Source of the DNA: Chthoniobacteraceae bacterium
Lineage (GTDB): Bacteria; Verrucomicrobiota; Verrucomicrobiia; Chthoniobacterales; Chthoniobacteraceae
NCBI GenBank assembly: GCA_044338075.1
Contig: JBIIMJ010000003.1
Coordinates: forward strand, 81,500-145,499
Direction of reading: 5' to 3'
DNA: 64,000 nucleotides
The notes under the pieces are model-generated. The model worked only from the letters and a program-made list of their open reading frames with translations. It was not told the DNA's origin and made no database searches. Made by a program: the position numbers and the translations under genes. Positions 36,621-45,897 of the stretch are shown in pieces (positions within the stretch are counted from its first letter, which is position 1; every line of letters begins with the position of its first letter).

Positions 36621-38402
36621 ATGTCCACTGAATCGCAGCGCCAGCCAGTGCCGCCCATTTCACTTTCGCTCCCGAAGCCGGTGGCTCCGCCGCGTTTTCG
36701 TCAGCCGAAGAAAAACATCCCGCAGACCATCGAAGAGCGCACAGCGATTTTGCACGCGGTGCGAAATTACGTCGCGGAGTTTTGTCCCACGCCGCCCGTC
36801 CCGCTCGCGGAACTCGGCGAGCACGCGGATCGCCTCGTCCAGCGCATCGGCTGCGCGGCCATCTACCGCGACTACGTGGGTGTTTTGATCAACAACGAGC
36901 TGTGGCGCGAGCAACTCGCCGCCGTGCCGTTCGAGCGCCGGTTGTTGCTCATGCCGAAATGCCTGCGCCTCGAAAGCAAATGCCCCGCGCCGTTCGATGA
37001 GTTCGGCCTGCTGTGCAAACAATGCGGGCAGTGCTCGATTCAAGATCTCCAAAACGAAGCCGAGCGTCTCGGCTACGCGGTGCTCGTCGCCGAGGGCAGC
37101 GCCATCGTGATGTCGCTCATCCAGACGGGGCAAATCGAGGCCATCGTCGGCATTTCGTGCCTCAGCGTGCTGGAGCGCAGTTTCCCTTACATGGAGGCCG
37201 CCGCCATTCCCGGCGTCGCCGTGCCGCTGCTGCAAGACGACTGTATTGATACCACCGTGGATCTCGACTGGGTGTGGGACTACATCCACCTCACCGCCGA
37301 CGATGCCACGCGCCGCCTCGATCTCGGCACGCTCCGCAGCGAAGTGGACTCGTGGTTTTCCAGCGAATCACTCACCGCGCTCATCGGCCCCGCCGAGGGC
37401 GAAACCGAACGCATCGCGCGCGAATGGCTCACACGTGCGGGCAAACGCTGGCGGCCCTTCCTCGCCGTCGCCGCATGGCGCGCGCTCGCAGGGGCGAACG
37501 CCACATTGCCCGACGACCTCAAGCGCGCCGCCATCGCCGTCGAGTGCTTCCACAAAGCCTCGCTCATCCACGACGATATCGAAGATGGCGACGCCACGCG
37601 CTACGGTGAAAAAACGCTGCACGAAGAACACGGTATCCCCGTCGCACTGAACATCGGCGACCTGCTCATCGGCGAAGGCTACCGCTTGCTAGGAGCGTGC
37701 GAAATTTCCGCCGAACAACGCGCCGCGATGATGCTCGTCGCCGCCGAGGGCCAGCGCGAACTGAGTCGCGGCCAGGGCGCGGAACTCGTCTGGGCACGCC
37801 AGCCCGATGTGCTCACCAGCCTGCAAGTGCTCGATATTTTCAAAAAGAAAACCGCGCCCGCGTTCGAAGTCGCGCTGCGCGTCGGCGCGTTGTTTGCGGG
37901 CGTCGAGACACACGACGAAGTGCGCGACGTGCTGCACGCCTATAGCGAAGCGCTCGGCATCGCCTACCAAATCCGCGACGACCTCGCGGACCTCGGCCAG
38001 ACCGAGGACACCAGCGACATTGCCGGCCTCCGCCCCAGCCTTCTCCTCGCCACCGCGCACGAACGCGCCGAGTGCGAGCATCGGAAAATCACCAGCGCAT
38101 TGTGGTCGCGCACGAGCACTGTCGGCGTCGCTGAAGTCGAGCAACTCTATCGCGATCTCGGCGCCGTGGAGCGATGCACCGACCTCCTCGAACGCTACAA
38201 GGAACAGGCCATCCAAAGCCTCCGCGAACTCGAAAATCCTTCGTTGAAGGGATTGCTCCGCCGCGTGCTCGGCAAAATTTTCAACGACACGGAAATCAAA
38301 GGCTGGTGCAAGGAATTCGAAGCCAAAAACCTCCTCGGCATCGCGGCCAACGAAACCGCACTCGAAAAATCTCCCGAGCCCCGCGTGCTGAGCACGGTCT
38401 AG
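36621..38402 (+). CDS. DUF116-like Cys-rich domain fused to a trans-polyprenyl diphosphate synthase
   Basis: N-half: LLLMPKCLRLESKC...LLCKQCGQCSIQD...VAEGSAIV...IVGISCLSV. C-half: first Asp-rich motif DDIED (37572-37586) and second DDLAD (37977-37991). Start taken at ATG 36621; the track uses TTG 36507. Confidence 0.8.
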   Translation: MSTESQRQPVPPISLSLPKPVAPPRFRQPKKNIPQTIEERTAILHAVRNYVAEFCPTPPVPLAELGEHADRLVQRIGCAAIYRDYVGVLINNELWREQLAAVPFERRLLLMPKCLRLESKCPAPFDEFGLLCKQCGQCSIQDLQNEAERLGYAVLVAEGSAIVMSLIQTGQIEAIVGISCLSVLERSFPYMEAAAIPGVAVPLLQDDCIDTTVDLDWVWDYIHLTADDATRRLDLGTLRSEVDSWFSSESLTALIGPAEGETERIAREWLTRAGKRWRPFLAVAAWRALAGANATLPDDLKRAAIAVECFHKASLIHDDIEDGDATRYGEKTLHEEHGIPVALNIGDLLIGEGYRLLGACEISAEQRAAMMLVAAEGQRELSRGQGAELVWARQPDVLTSLQVLDIFKKKTAPAFEVALRVGALFAGVETHDEVRDVLHAYSEALGIAYQIRDDLADLGQTEDTSDIAGLRPSLLLATAHERAECEHRKITSALWSRTSTVGVAEVEQLYRDLGAVERCTDLLERYKEQAIQSLRELENPSLKGLLRRVLGKIFNDTEIKGWCKEFEAKNLLGIAANETALEKSPEPRVLSTV

Positions 38403-38409
38403 TCGCAGC

Positions 38410-39870
38410 TCAATAACGGGTAAAGGCGGCGAGCAGTGCTTTGATTTCCAGAGTTACGATTTTCGTCGTCACGTCGCTGATTCCGTAGGGGAGAATCAAC
38501 TGCCCGCGATGCACGAGCGCGCCGCAGGTATAGACGACATTGGGCACGTAGCCCTCGCGCTCATTGCCCTCGGGACGTAGGAGCGGCTCTTCGAGTTCGC
38601 CGATTACTTTGCTCGGATCTTCCAAATCGAGCAGCATCGCGCCGATGCAGTATTTGCGCATCGGACAGACACCGTGGGTGATTACGAGCCAGCCGGCTTC
38701 GGTTTCAATCGGCGATCCGCAGTTGCCGATTTTCACCGCCTCCCACGAATGACATGGACGTCGCAAAAGCTGCGGGTCGCTCCAAAAATGGGGATTCTCG
38801 GAATATATGAGGAAGAGGTTTTCGTCGTCCTGTCGCGAGATCATGGCGAAGCGCCCGCCGATGCGGCGCGGAAAAAAAGCCATGCCTTTGTTTTGCACCG
38901 CACGTCCGTTCAACGTGCGGGCGCGAAAGCTGAGGAAGTCGGTGGTTTCGAGAAGCTGCGGGAGAATCGCGCGGCCATTGTAGGCTGTGTAAGTCGCGTA
39001 GTAGATCACGCTGCCATCGTCTTCGATGAAACGCACGAAGCGGGCATCCTCCATGCCGTTACTCTCGTTCGACGAGACGGGAAATATGATGCGCTCGGAA
39101 ACTGCTACGGATGGATCGAAATGAACCTCGTAGTTCGACTCGGCGAGCCATCGCACGCACTCCATCGTGCGCTGCACTTCGCGCGGCAGCGGCCCGGCAC
39201 CGCGCACCGCACGACGCATGGCTGTTTCAAGTTCGCTAAGTGTGAAGTTGTCGCCAAGTGACGTCATCACGGCAGCCGACCAGTCATTCTCAAAACCCAT
39301 CTCCATCAATTTGTGAAGGAATGCAGTTTTGAGGTAAGTCGGATTCGGATTCAGCTTCGGCGCGGTCACGAATCGCGACGGCTCTTCCATCGTAATACAG
39401 TGATCCGCATGAATGATTCCGGCGCGAAATTCGATGGACGAGATGTGGCCCTCACCGGTCGCTCGCAGGCTGAGGATAAAACGCAGTTCGCCCTCAGCGA
39501 GGCCGGATTGATCCGGATGCGGCACGATCGAGGGGTTGAAGAGCGCGGCGGATTCGAGCGCATACTCACCGGAAAAAAGCGCGCCGATGTAGAGCTGCCG
39601 CGCCTCTGAGAGCGGGCGTCCGCTGAAGACGTATCCTTTCACGCGATCAAAATGGCGCCGCCAGAAGGTGCGGAGATTCAAATGCCGCGTGCCGAAATCC
39701 TCGGTGACTGCGACGAGTTGTTCTTCGATTTCTGCTTCGCTGAGCGCAAGCGCGCGTCCGAGAATGTTGACGATGCGCGCCGTGTCTCCCGGGATGAATG
39801 GGCGGATGAGCACACGGGCGTTATTGGGCCGGAGTGCGATGCCCGTAGAATGGATGGTCAAGCTGCGCAT
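38410..39870 (-). CDS. GH130/DUF377-like glycosidase or phosphorylase with a long N-terminal extension
   Basis: C-terminal motifs NGMEDARFVRF..YYATYTAYNG, GNCGSPIETEAGWLVITHGV and GYVPNVVYTCGAL. Start at ATG 39870 (MRSLTIH), overlapping the upstream gene by 13 bp. Confidence 0.75.
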   Translation of the reverse strand: MRSLTIHSTGIALRPNNARVLIRPFIPGDTARIVNILGRALALSEAEIEEQLVAVTEDFGTRHLNLRTFWRRHFDRVKGYVFSGRPLSEARQLYIGALFSGEYALESAALFNPSIVPHPDQSGLAEGELRFILSLRATGEGHISSIEFRAGIIHADHCITMEEPSRFVTAPKLNPNPTYLKTAFLHKLMEMGFENDWSAAVMTSLGDNFTLSELETAMRRAVRGAGPLPREVQRTMECVRWLAESNYEVHFDPSVAVSERIIFPVSSNESNGMEDARFVRFIEDDGSVIYYATYTAYNGRAILPQLLETTDFLSFRARTLNGRAVQNKGMAFFPRRIGGRFAMISRQDDENLFLIYSENPHFWSDPQLLRRPCHSWEAVKIGNCGSPIETEAGWLVITHGVCPMRKYCIGAMLLDLEDPSKVIGELEEPLLRPEGNEREGYVPNVVYTCGALVHRGQLILPYGISDVTTKIVTLEIKALLAAFTRY

Positions 39871-42146
39871 ATCGGCAGGATCGCGGGTTGCACGCCCTCT
39901 GCGTGCGTGAGTTCGGCGAGGGAAAGATAGAAGGCGAGCGAGGATTCCGCGCCTTGATTTTGGTTGAGATGATCTTGCAGCAGCGCATCGCGGCAACCGC
40001 CTGTCGTCGGGTCGTAGAGCGACTGACCGAGATCGTTCCGACCGAGAAACCACTCGAAACAACTGCGCGCTGCGCGGTGCCAGTAGTCATCTCGCGTGAC
40101 GGCGAACGCTTCGAGACAAGCGGAGAGCATTGAGTGTGCTTCGAGCGGTTGTTGATCAAAGCGCGCACGCTCGCAGTCATGCGTCCAGAATCCGTGGCAA
40201 CCAATCGGCGCGAAGTGACCGCCATCCGCAGTCTGCGCTTCGAGCAGCCAGCGCAGCGAATTGAGTCCGATATCGAGCATTTCACCATTGGAAGTCCAAT
40301 GGCCGCTCAGAATCAGTGCGTGCGAGAGTTTGGCGTTATCGTAAGTGGCGATGCGCTCGAACCACTGCCAATTGGACGAGGAATTCGCGTGATACAATGC
40401 CACGAGTTTCCTCGCGAGCAGGTCGCGCATTTTCGCCACCACCCGATCCCCGGAAAATGTGCGGAGGTATTCGTGAATCGCGATCAGTGCAAACGCCCAC
40501 GCACGCGGCGAACTGAACCGCGCGACCGGCGGCAGTCCGCGTTGGAAAAGCAGCGCGCAGAGATTGCGATGTCCTTCGTTGCGCGAGCGCCCGAGCGCCG
40601 TGCCCACAGCCCATAGCGCGCGCGCGTGACTGTCCTCGGAACCGGCGCGCTCGATCCACTCGCGGTGATGATTCATGAAGTTGCGAAAGCGCGATGTATT
40701 CGCATCGAACGCATACCACAGAAACGCGAGGTAGCTGCTTTCCAGTCGCTCAATCTCCGGCTGCGGCTCCTCCATTTTTTGCAGCAGCACGGTGAAGATA
40801 AACGCACGCGCATTGTCATCAGTGCAATAGCCCTCGTGGTAGTTCGGCACGTTGTAGATCGCGTGCTGAAAGATACCTGTGTGGTCGCTCATCTTGAGCA
40901 AATGATCGAGTTTCAGCGGCGGGACAGGATAATTCGCGTGCTCGATGGTGCGGACAGCCACTGTCTCTACCGAAGGCACGCTGAGGCTCGCACGCGCACG
41001 CTCGAAACTCTCCATGTAGCGCCGCGCGACGACCGGCCAGATCATCTCGCGTCCTGCTTTCCACGCACGCTTCCGCATCGCGGTCATCAACGTCGGGTTC
41101 GAGAGAAAATGATTCACGCCCTCTGCAATCGCCGCCGAATCCCGAAACGGAACCAGCAAACCTCGCTCGCCTGCGAGCAACTCCTGTGCGTGCCAATACG
41201 GAGTGGAGATGATCGCCTTCCCGGCGCCGAACGTGTATGCGAGCGTGCCGGAGGTGACCTGCGCTTCGTTGAGATACGGCGTGATGTAGATGTCCGCCGC
41301 ACCGATGAATTCCTTAAGCTCCTCGATAGTTGCGAAGCGGTTGTAAAAAATCACCTGCTCCGACACGTCGCACGTTTTCGCGAGACGCTCCAGTTTTTCA
41401 CGATACGCCTCGCCTTCGCGCGCCAGTAAATGCGGGTGCGTTGCGCCGAGCACGAGATATACGATTTGTGGATGCCGCTTGAGAATCTCCGGCAGCGCCT
41501 CGATGACGTGCTCGATGCCCTTGTTCGGCGAAAGCAGACCGAAGGTAAGCAGCACCGTTTTCCCCTCCACGCCGAAGACGTCCTTGTAGAAATTTGAGTC
41601 AATAAACGGCATGTCGATCACGCCATGCGGGATGAGATCTATTTTCTCCGGCGCGATGCCATACACGCTCATCAGTAAATCCCGCCCACGCTCGGCCATT
41701 ACGATGAAGCGATTCGAGAGCACATCGAGCTGCTCCATCACAGCGCGCTGATCGCTGTTCGGCTCGCTAAGAACGGTGTGCAGCGTCGTGACCACCGGCT
41801 TTCGCACCTCGCGAAGAAACTCGAGCAAGTGCGCGCCCGCAGCACCGCCATAGATGCCGAACTCGTGCTGCACGGAAACGACCTCGACGTTGTTGATGTT
41901 CAAAAATTCCGCTGCACGCCGGTAGGAATCCAACTCCTGCTCATCAATCTCGAACCGCACCCTCGATGGATAATCGTATCCCTCGGGCCGATCATTCACA
42001 GACCCCACGATGCACTGCGCCTGCGGAAACTCCGCAGCGATGGCCTCGCAGATGTCCGCTGTAAAAGTGGCAATGCCGCAGCGTCGCGGCACGTAATCGC
42101 CAACGAAGGCAATGTGTTTGGTATTGGTCAGAGTATTCATAGGCAT
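39858..42146 (-). CDS. GT4-family glycosyltransferase fused to a helical (alpha/alpha-toroid-like) C-terminal domain
   Basis: The N-half has GT-B/GT4 features (HIAFVGDYVPRRCGIATF, LLTFGLLSPNKG, PYLNEAQVTSGTLAYTFGAGKAIISTP). The C-half is about 350 aa of W/H/A-rich helical repeats. Start at ATG 42146 (MPMNTL). Confidence 0.75.
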   Translation of the reverse strand: MPMNTLTNTKHIAFVGDYVPRRCGIATFTADICEAIAAEFPQAQCIVGSVNDRPEGYDYPSRVRFEIDEQELDSYRRAAEFLNINNVEVVSVQHEFGIYGGAAGAHLLEFLREVRKPVVTTLHTVLSEPNSDQRAVMEQLDVLSNRFIVMAERGRDLLMSVYGIAPEKIDLIPHGVIDMPFIDSNFYKDVFGVEGKTVLLTFGLLSPNKGIEHVIEALPEILKRHPQIVYLVLGATHPHLLAREGEAYREKLERLAKTCDVSEQVIFYNRFATIEELKEFIGAADIYITPYLNEAQVTSGTLAYTFGAGKAIISTPYWHAQELLAGERGLLVPFRDSAAIAEGVNHFLSNPTLMTAMRKRAWKAGREMIWPVVARRYMESFERARASLSVPSVETVAVRTIEHANYPVPPLKLDHLLKMSDHTGIFQHAIYNVPNYHEGYCTDDNARAFIFTVLLQKMEEPQPEIERLESSYLAFLWYAFDANTSRFRNFMNHHREWIERAGSEDSHARALWAVGTALGRSRNEGHRNLCALLFQRGLPPVARFSSPRAWAFALIAIHEYLRTFSGDRVVAKMRDLLARKLVALYHANSSSNWQWFERIATYDNAKLSHALILSGHWTSNGEMLDIGLNSLRWLLEAQTADGGHFAPIGCHGFWTHDCERARFDQQPLEAHSMLSACLEAFAVTRDDYWHRAARSCFEWFLGRNDLGQSLYDPTTGGCRDALLQDHLNQNQGAESSLAFYLSLAELTHAEGVQPAILPICAA

Positions 42147-42340
42147 CAGTTCCCGGATTCTTGTCCGCCTCACCACAGCAGCGACCGGTGCCTCACCCGA
42201 AATGGCGAGCGGCCCTGAACAAATCCCCGCCACCTTCGTCCGTCTCCGCCAAAGGGTCAACCAGCATCGCCGGGCATTACTTAAATGGGCGATCAGAGAG
42301 CGGCGTTGCCTGTGGGGCGGCGGGAGCGTAGAGACGGCTT

Positions 42341-43153
42341 GTGCCTTCGCTGCTCTCCAATCTTGCTGATTACCACACGCACACGCCGCTCTGCCGTCAT
42401 GCGGAGGGGTGGCCAGTGGATTATGCACGTGCGGCGGTGGAACTCGGAATCGGTGAGCTGGGTTTTGCAGATCACAATCCGATGCCGGAACCGTTCGATG
42501 ACTGGCGGATGTTGCGCGAGGATTTGCCGCGCTATTTTGACGAAGTCGCGAAGGCGCGCGCGGAATTTCCGCAACTTAAAATCAAGCTCGGGCTAGAGTG
42601 TGATTTCATCCCCGGACAGGAAAAGTGGATCGAGGAACTCGCGAGCATGGCGGAGTGGGATTATCTCATCGGCAGCGTCCACTATCTGCCGAAGGGATGG
42701 GAGGTGGATAATCCGAAATATCTCAGCCGTCACACGGGCGGCGCGGCGGAGGAAATCTGGGCGAGCTACTGGCGGCTCTACGCGCAGTGTATTCGCAGCG
42801 GACTGTTTGATTTTGTGGCGCATCCAGATTTGCCGAAAAAATTTGGCATTCATCCGGCGGGCGACTTGCGACGTTACTACGACGGCGCGATTGCCGCGCT
42901 TGCGGAGACGGGCGTGCCCTACGAAATCAACACCGCTGGCTGGCGGAAGGAATGCGCCGAGCAATATCCGGCACGTGAATTCATCGAACTCGCGCACGCG
43001 GCGGGCGTGCCGGTGCTGATCAGCTCCGACGCTCACACGCCTGGAGATGTGGGCGCGGGTTTCGTGGAGGCTGCGGCGCTGGCAAAAAGCTGCGGCTACA
43101 CGGAGACGCTGCGTTTCACGCGCCGAAAGCGCTTCACCGTGCCGCTGCCGTGA
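42341..43153 (+). CDS. HisJ-family histidinol-phosphate phosphatase (PHP domain)
   Basis: LADYHTHTPLCRHAEG metal-binding N-terminus, GSVHYL and SSDAH motifs. GTG start. Confidence 0.8.
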   Translation: MPSLLSNLADYHTHTPLCRHAEGWPVDYARAAVELGIGELGFADHNPMPEPFDDWRMLREDLPRYFDEVAKARAEFPQLKIKLGLECDFIPGQEKWIEELASMAEWDYLIGSVHYLPKGWEVDNPKYLSRHTGGAAEEIWASYWRLYAQCIRSGLFDFVAHPDLPKKFGIHPAGDLRRYYDGAIAALAETGVPYEINTAGWRKECAEQYPAREFIELAHAAGVPVLISSDAHTPGDVGAGFVEAAALAKSCGYTETLRFTRRKRFTVPLP

Positions 43154-43965
43154 AACTCCTCGCTCGCGGACACACGATCACTTTTCCACGCCGCCCGCTC
43201 ATCATGGGCATCGTGAATCTGATCGCGGATTCGTTCTCCGGCGATGGTATTACGGACATCGAGGCAGCGGTGGTGAAAGCGCGGCAGCTTGTCGCCGACG
43301 GCGCGGACATCGTGGACATCGGGGCCGAAAGCGCGCGCACCAATCGCGGCCCGATCCCCGAGGAAGAGGAAGCGGCGCAACTGCTGCGTTTCATCGAACG
43401 CTGGGACGATCCGACTTTGCTTTCCATCAACACATGGCGGCCCGGCGTCGCGCGTCGCGTGCTGCCGCGCGGTGGTCACATCCTCAACGACATCGGCGCG
43501 CTGCCCGACGACGATAATGCGCGTATTTGCGCCGACACGGGCGCAGCGCTGCTCATCATGCACACAGTCGGCCAGCCGAAAGTCGCGCACACGCACGTCG
43601 GCTACGATGACGTGATGGCGCGGCTCGATGAGTTCTTCACCGAAAAACTCGCGCTCGCGGAAAAAGCGGGCGTGCCGCGCGATGCAACCATCCTCGACCC
43701 CGGCATAGATTTTGCCAAGCAGCGCGACGACAATCTGCGCATCTACCGCGAGTTGGAACGGCTCCACCATTTTGGCCGTCCGCTGCTCCTGCCTGTGTCG
43801 CGCAAAACAGTCATCGGCGACGTGCTCGACCTGCCTGCGCCGGAGCGCGATGCGGGCACCATCGCCTGTCTCGTGAGCGGGGTGTTGCGCGGCGCGCAAA
43901 TTTTCCGCGTCCACAACGTGCGCGCCGCCGCACAGGCAGCACGGATGATTGCCGCTTTAGAATAA
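43150..43965 (+). CDS. folP: dihydropteroate synthase
   Basis: IMGIVNLIADSFSGDG, DIVDIGAESARTN, SINTW, DPGIDFAK and SRKT motifs. GTG start overlapping the previous stop (GTGA). Confidence 0.9.
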   Translation: MKLLARGHTITFPRRPLIMGIVNLIADSFSGDGITDIEAAVVKARQLVADGADIVDIGAESARTNRGPIPEEEEAAQLLRFIERWDDPTLLSINTWRPGVARRVLPRGGHILNDIGALPDDDNARICADTGAALLIMHTVGQPKVAHTHVGYDDVMARLDEFFTEKLALAEKAGVPRDATILDPGIDFAKQRDDNLRIYRELERLHHFGRPLLLPVSRKTVIGDVLDLPAPERDAGTIACLVSGVLRGAQIFRVHNVRAAAQAARMIAALE

Positions 43966-43999
43966 GCCGAAAAAACCCAGTGGTGACGCTTGCGCTAAT

Positions 44000-44854
44000 T
44001 TACAAAAAGCGTCCGAGGATTGGTTTGAGTTTCTCCGCAGTTTTCGCCGGCCACAACTTGCGATCTGTTACTAGGGCCATGTCCAGCGCACGATGCTCCG
44101 GCCAGTCGGCCGTAGTTGGAATGCGCGGAACCACTCGGGCGAGAATGCGTTTTGCGGTGTCCGCATTGGCGAGCAGATGGGAGATGACGGCCTCCGCTGT
44201 CACTGGTTCCTCCTCGACTTTCCAGCAATCGTAATCGGTGATCATAGCGAGGGTTGCCATAGCGATTTCTGCTTCGCGGCAAAGCTTCGCTTCGGCGAGG
44301 TTGGTCATGCCGATCACGTCGAAGCCTAGTTTGCGATTCGTTTCGCTCTCTGCACGCGTGCTGAATTGCGGGCCGTCCATGTTCACATAGGTGCCACCCT
44401 TGTGCATCGTGCAGCCTAGCTCGCTTCCTTCCTCGAAAATGATCTGCTGCAATGCCGCAGAGATCGGTTCTGCAAATGAGGCGTGCGCGACGATTCCGGC
44501 ACCGAAGAATGTGTGAATCTGCGATGTGCGGTCAAAAAACTGCGACGGAAGCACGATGTGTCGCGGTGCATATTTTTCCTGCAACGAACCCACCGCAGTC
44601 ACACACACAACGAATCGCACACCTAGTGAGCGCAAAGCCCAGATGTTTGCCTTGTGCGGAAGTTCATGCGGCAAAATACGGTGCCCGCGTGCGTGCCTTG
44701 GTAAAAAAAAGACCTGCCGCCCGCCGAGTTTTCCACCGATGATTGCATCAGAGGGTCTTCCGAAAGGCGTCTCCAACTGGTGTTCGCAGACGTCAGTGAG
44801 TCCCTCGATTTGGTAAAGCCCGCTGCCGCCTATGATGCCGATGTTTGCTTCCAT
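44000..44854 (-). CDS. mtnP: S-methyl-5'-thioadenosine phosphorylase
   Basis: IGIIGGSGLY N-terminus, FLPRHARGH, GPQFSTRAES and MTNLAEAKLCREAEI motifs. 284 aa. Confidence 0.9.
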   Translation of the reverse strand: MEANIGIIGGSGLYQIEGLTDVCEHQLETPFGRPSDAIIGGKLGGRQVFFLPRHARGHRILPHELPHKANIWALRSLGVRFVVCVTAVGSLQEKYAPRHIVLPSQFFDRTSQIHTFFGAGIVAHASFAEPISAALQQIIFEEGSELGCTMHKGGTYVNMDGPQFSTRAESETNRKLGFDVIGMTNLAEAKLCREAEIAMATLAMITDYDCWKVEEEPVTAEAVISHLLANADTAKRILARVVPRIPTTADWPEHRALDMALVTDRKLWPAKTAEKLKPILGRFL

Positions 44855-44899
44855 GGCACAGAGAGAAGCAGACCGGTGCCTCGTATGAAAAGAGCGGAG

Positions 44900-45784
44900 T
44901 TACTTCGCTCTTTCCTTGAGCGAAGCGATCAGTTCTTTCAGGCCCGCAGGACGGGGACGCGTGCGGCTGTAAACAAGCCCTAGAGGACGCGTGAGTTTCT
45001 GACCCTCTATTTCCACTGCGACGAGTCGGCCAGCTTTCACCTCCTGCTTTATCGAGTGCGAAGGCACGATGGAGATGCCGCTCTCGATTTCGACTGAGCG
45101 TTTGACTGTTTCGATATTGTCGAATTCACCAGCGTTCACGACCTTCACTTGGGCGTCGCGCAGGCATCGATCAATGGCTTTACGTGTGGGCGATTCAGGA
45201 TCGAAAGAGAGGAACTTTTCTCCCTTGAGCGCGCTCAGTGAAACTTTCTTTTTTGCCGCCAATGGGTGCTTCGGATGGCAAATCAACACCAGATGATCTT
45301 CATCGAAAACTTCAAACAGGACCCCCGAATGTTTTGCAGGATAAGCCACCAAGCCGAGATCTGCTTTGCCGGACTCAATCATTTCATACACCTGCTCTGA
45401 GCGGCAGTAATCGACACGCACGTGCACATCCGGGTTTTTGTCGCTAAAAGTTTTCAGGCGTGCTGGTAATTCGTGCAACCCGATGCTGTAGATCGAAGCC
45501 ACACGAACCTCGCCTTCAACAACATTTTTGATTTCCTTGAGGCGTGCTTCGAAGTCGTCCCAGACAGAAATTATTTTTTCGCATGTCTTATGAAAGGCGA
45601 GGCCTTCGGGAGTGAGCGAAAGATTGCGCCGTCCGCGCTCAACGAGCGTGCAGTCGAATCGAATTTCCAAGCTGCGCACTTGCTGACTGACCGCACTTTG
45701 GGTGATGTTGTTGAGCACTGCGGACTTTGAGAAACTGCTGGTTTTGACTAGGTCGCAGAAGACTTTGAATGAATCGATATACAT
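44900..45784 (-). CDS. LysR-family transcriptional regulator
   Basis: N-terminal wHTH (FKVFCDLVKTSSFSKSAVLNNITQSAVSQQVRSLE) plus a periplasmic-binding-protein-like effector domain. 294 aa. Confidence 0.9.
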   Translation of the reverse strand: MYIDSFKVFCDLVKTSSFSKSAVLNNITQSAVSQQVRSLEIRFDCTLVERGRRNLSLTPEGLAFHKTCEKIISVWDDFEARLKEIKNVVEGEVRVASIYSIGLHELPARLKTFSDKNPDVHVRVDYCRSEQVYEMIESGKADLGLVAYPAKHSGVLFEVFDEDHLVLICHPKHPLAAKKKVSLSALKGEKFLSFDPESPTRKAIDRCLRDAQVKVVNAGEFDNIETVKRSVEIESGISIVPSHSIKQEVKAGRLVAVEIEGQKLTRPLGLVYSRTRPRPAGLKELIASLKERAK

Positions 45785-45819
45785 TATTTTGAAGGTTAAT
45801 GGTTAATTTGAAGGATTTG

Positions 45820-45841
45820 TTACGCAGATATTTCTACGTAA
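45820..45841. promoter_or_regulatory. inverted repeat TTACG-N12-CGTAA in the AT-rich LysR/yggS divergent spacer (candidate LTTR operator)
   Basis: Read directly from the sequence. It lies 36 bp from the LysR start codon. The spacing is not the textbook T-N11-A. Confidence 0.3.
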
Positions 45842-45897
45842 TAATACGATAGCTATGCTGTGAGTTGTTACTGAACAGAAAAATAATACAAAATACA

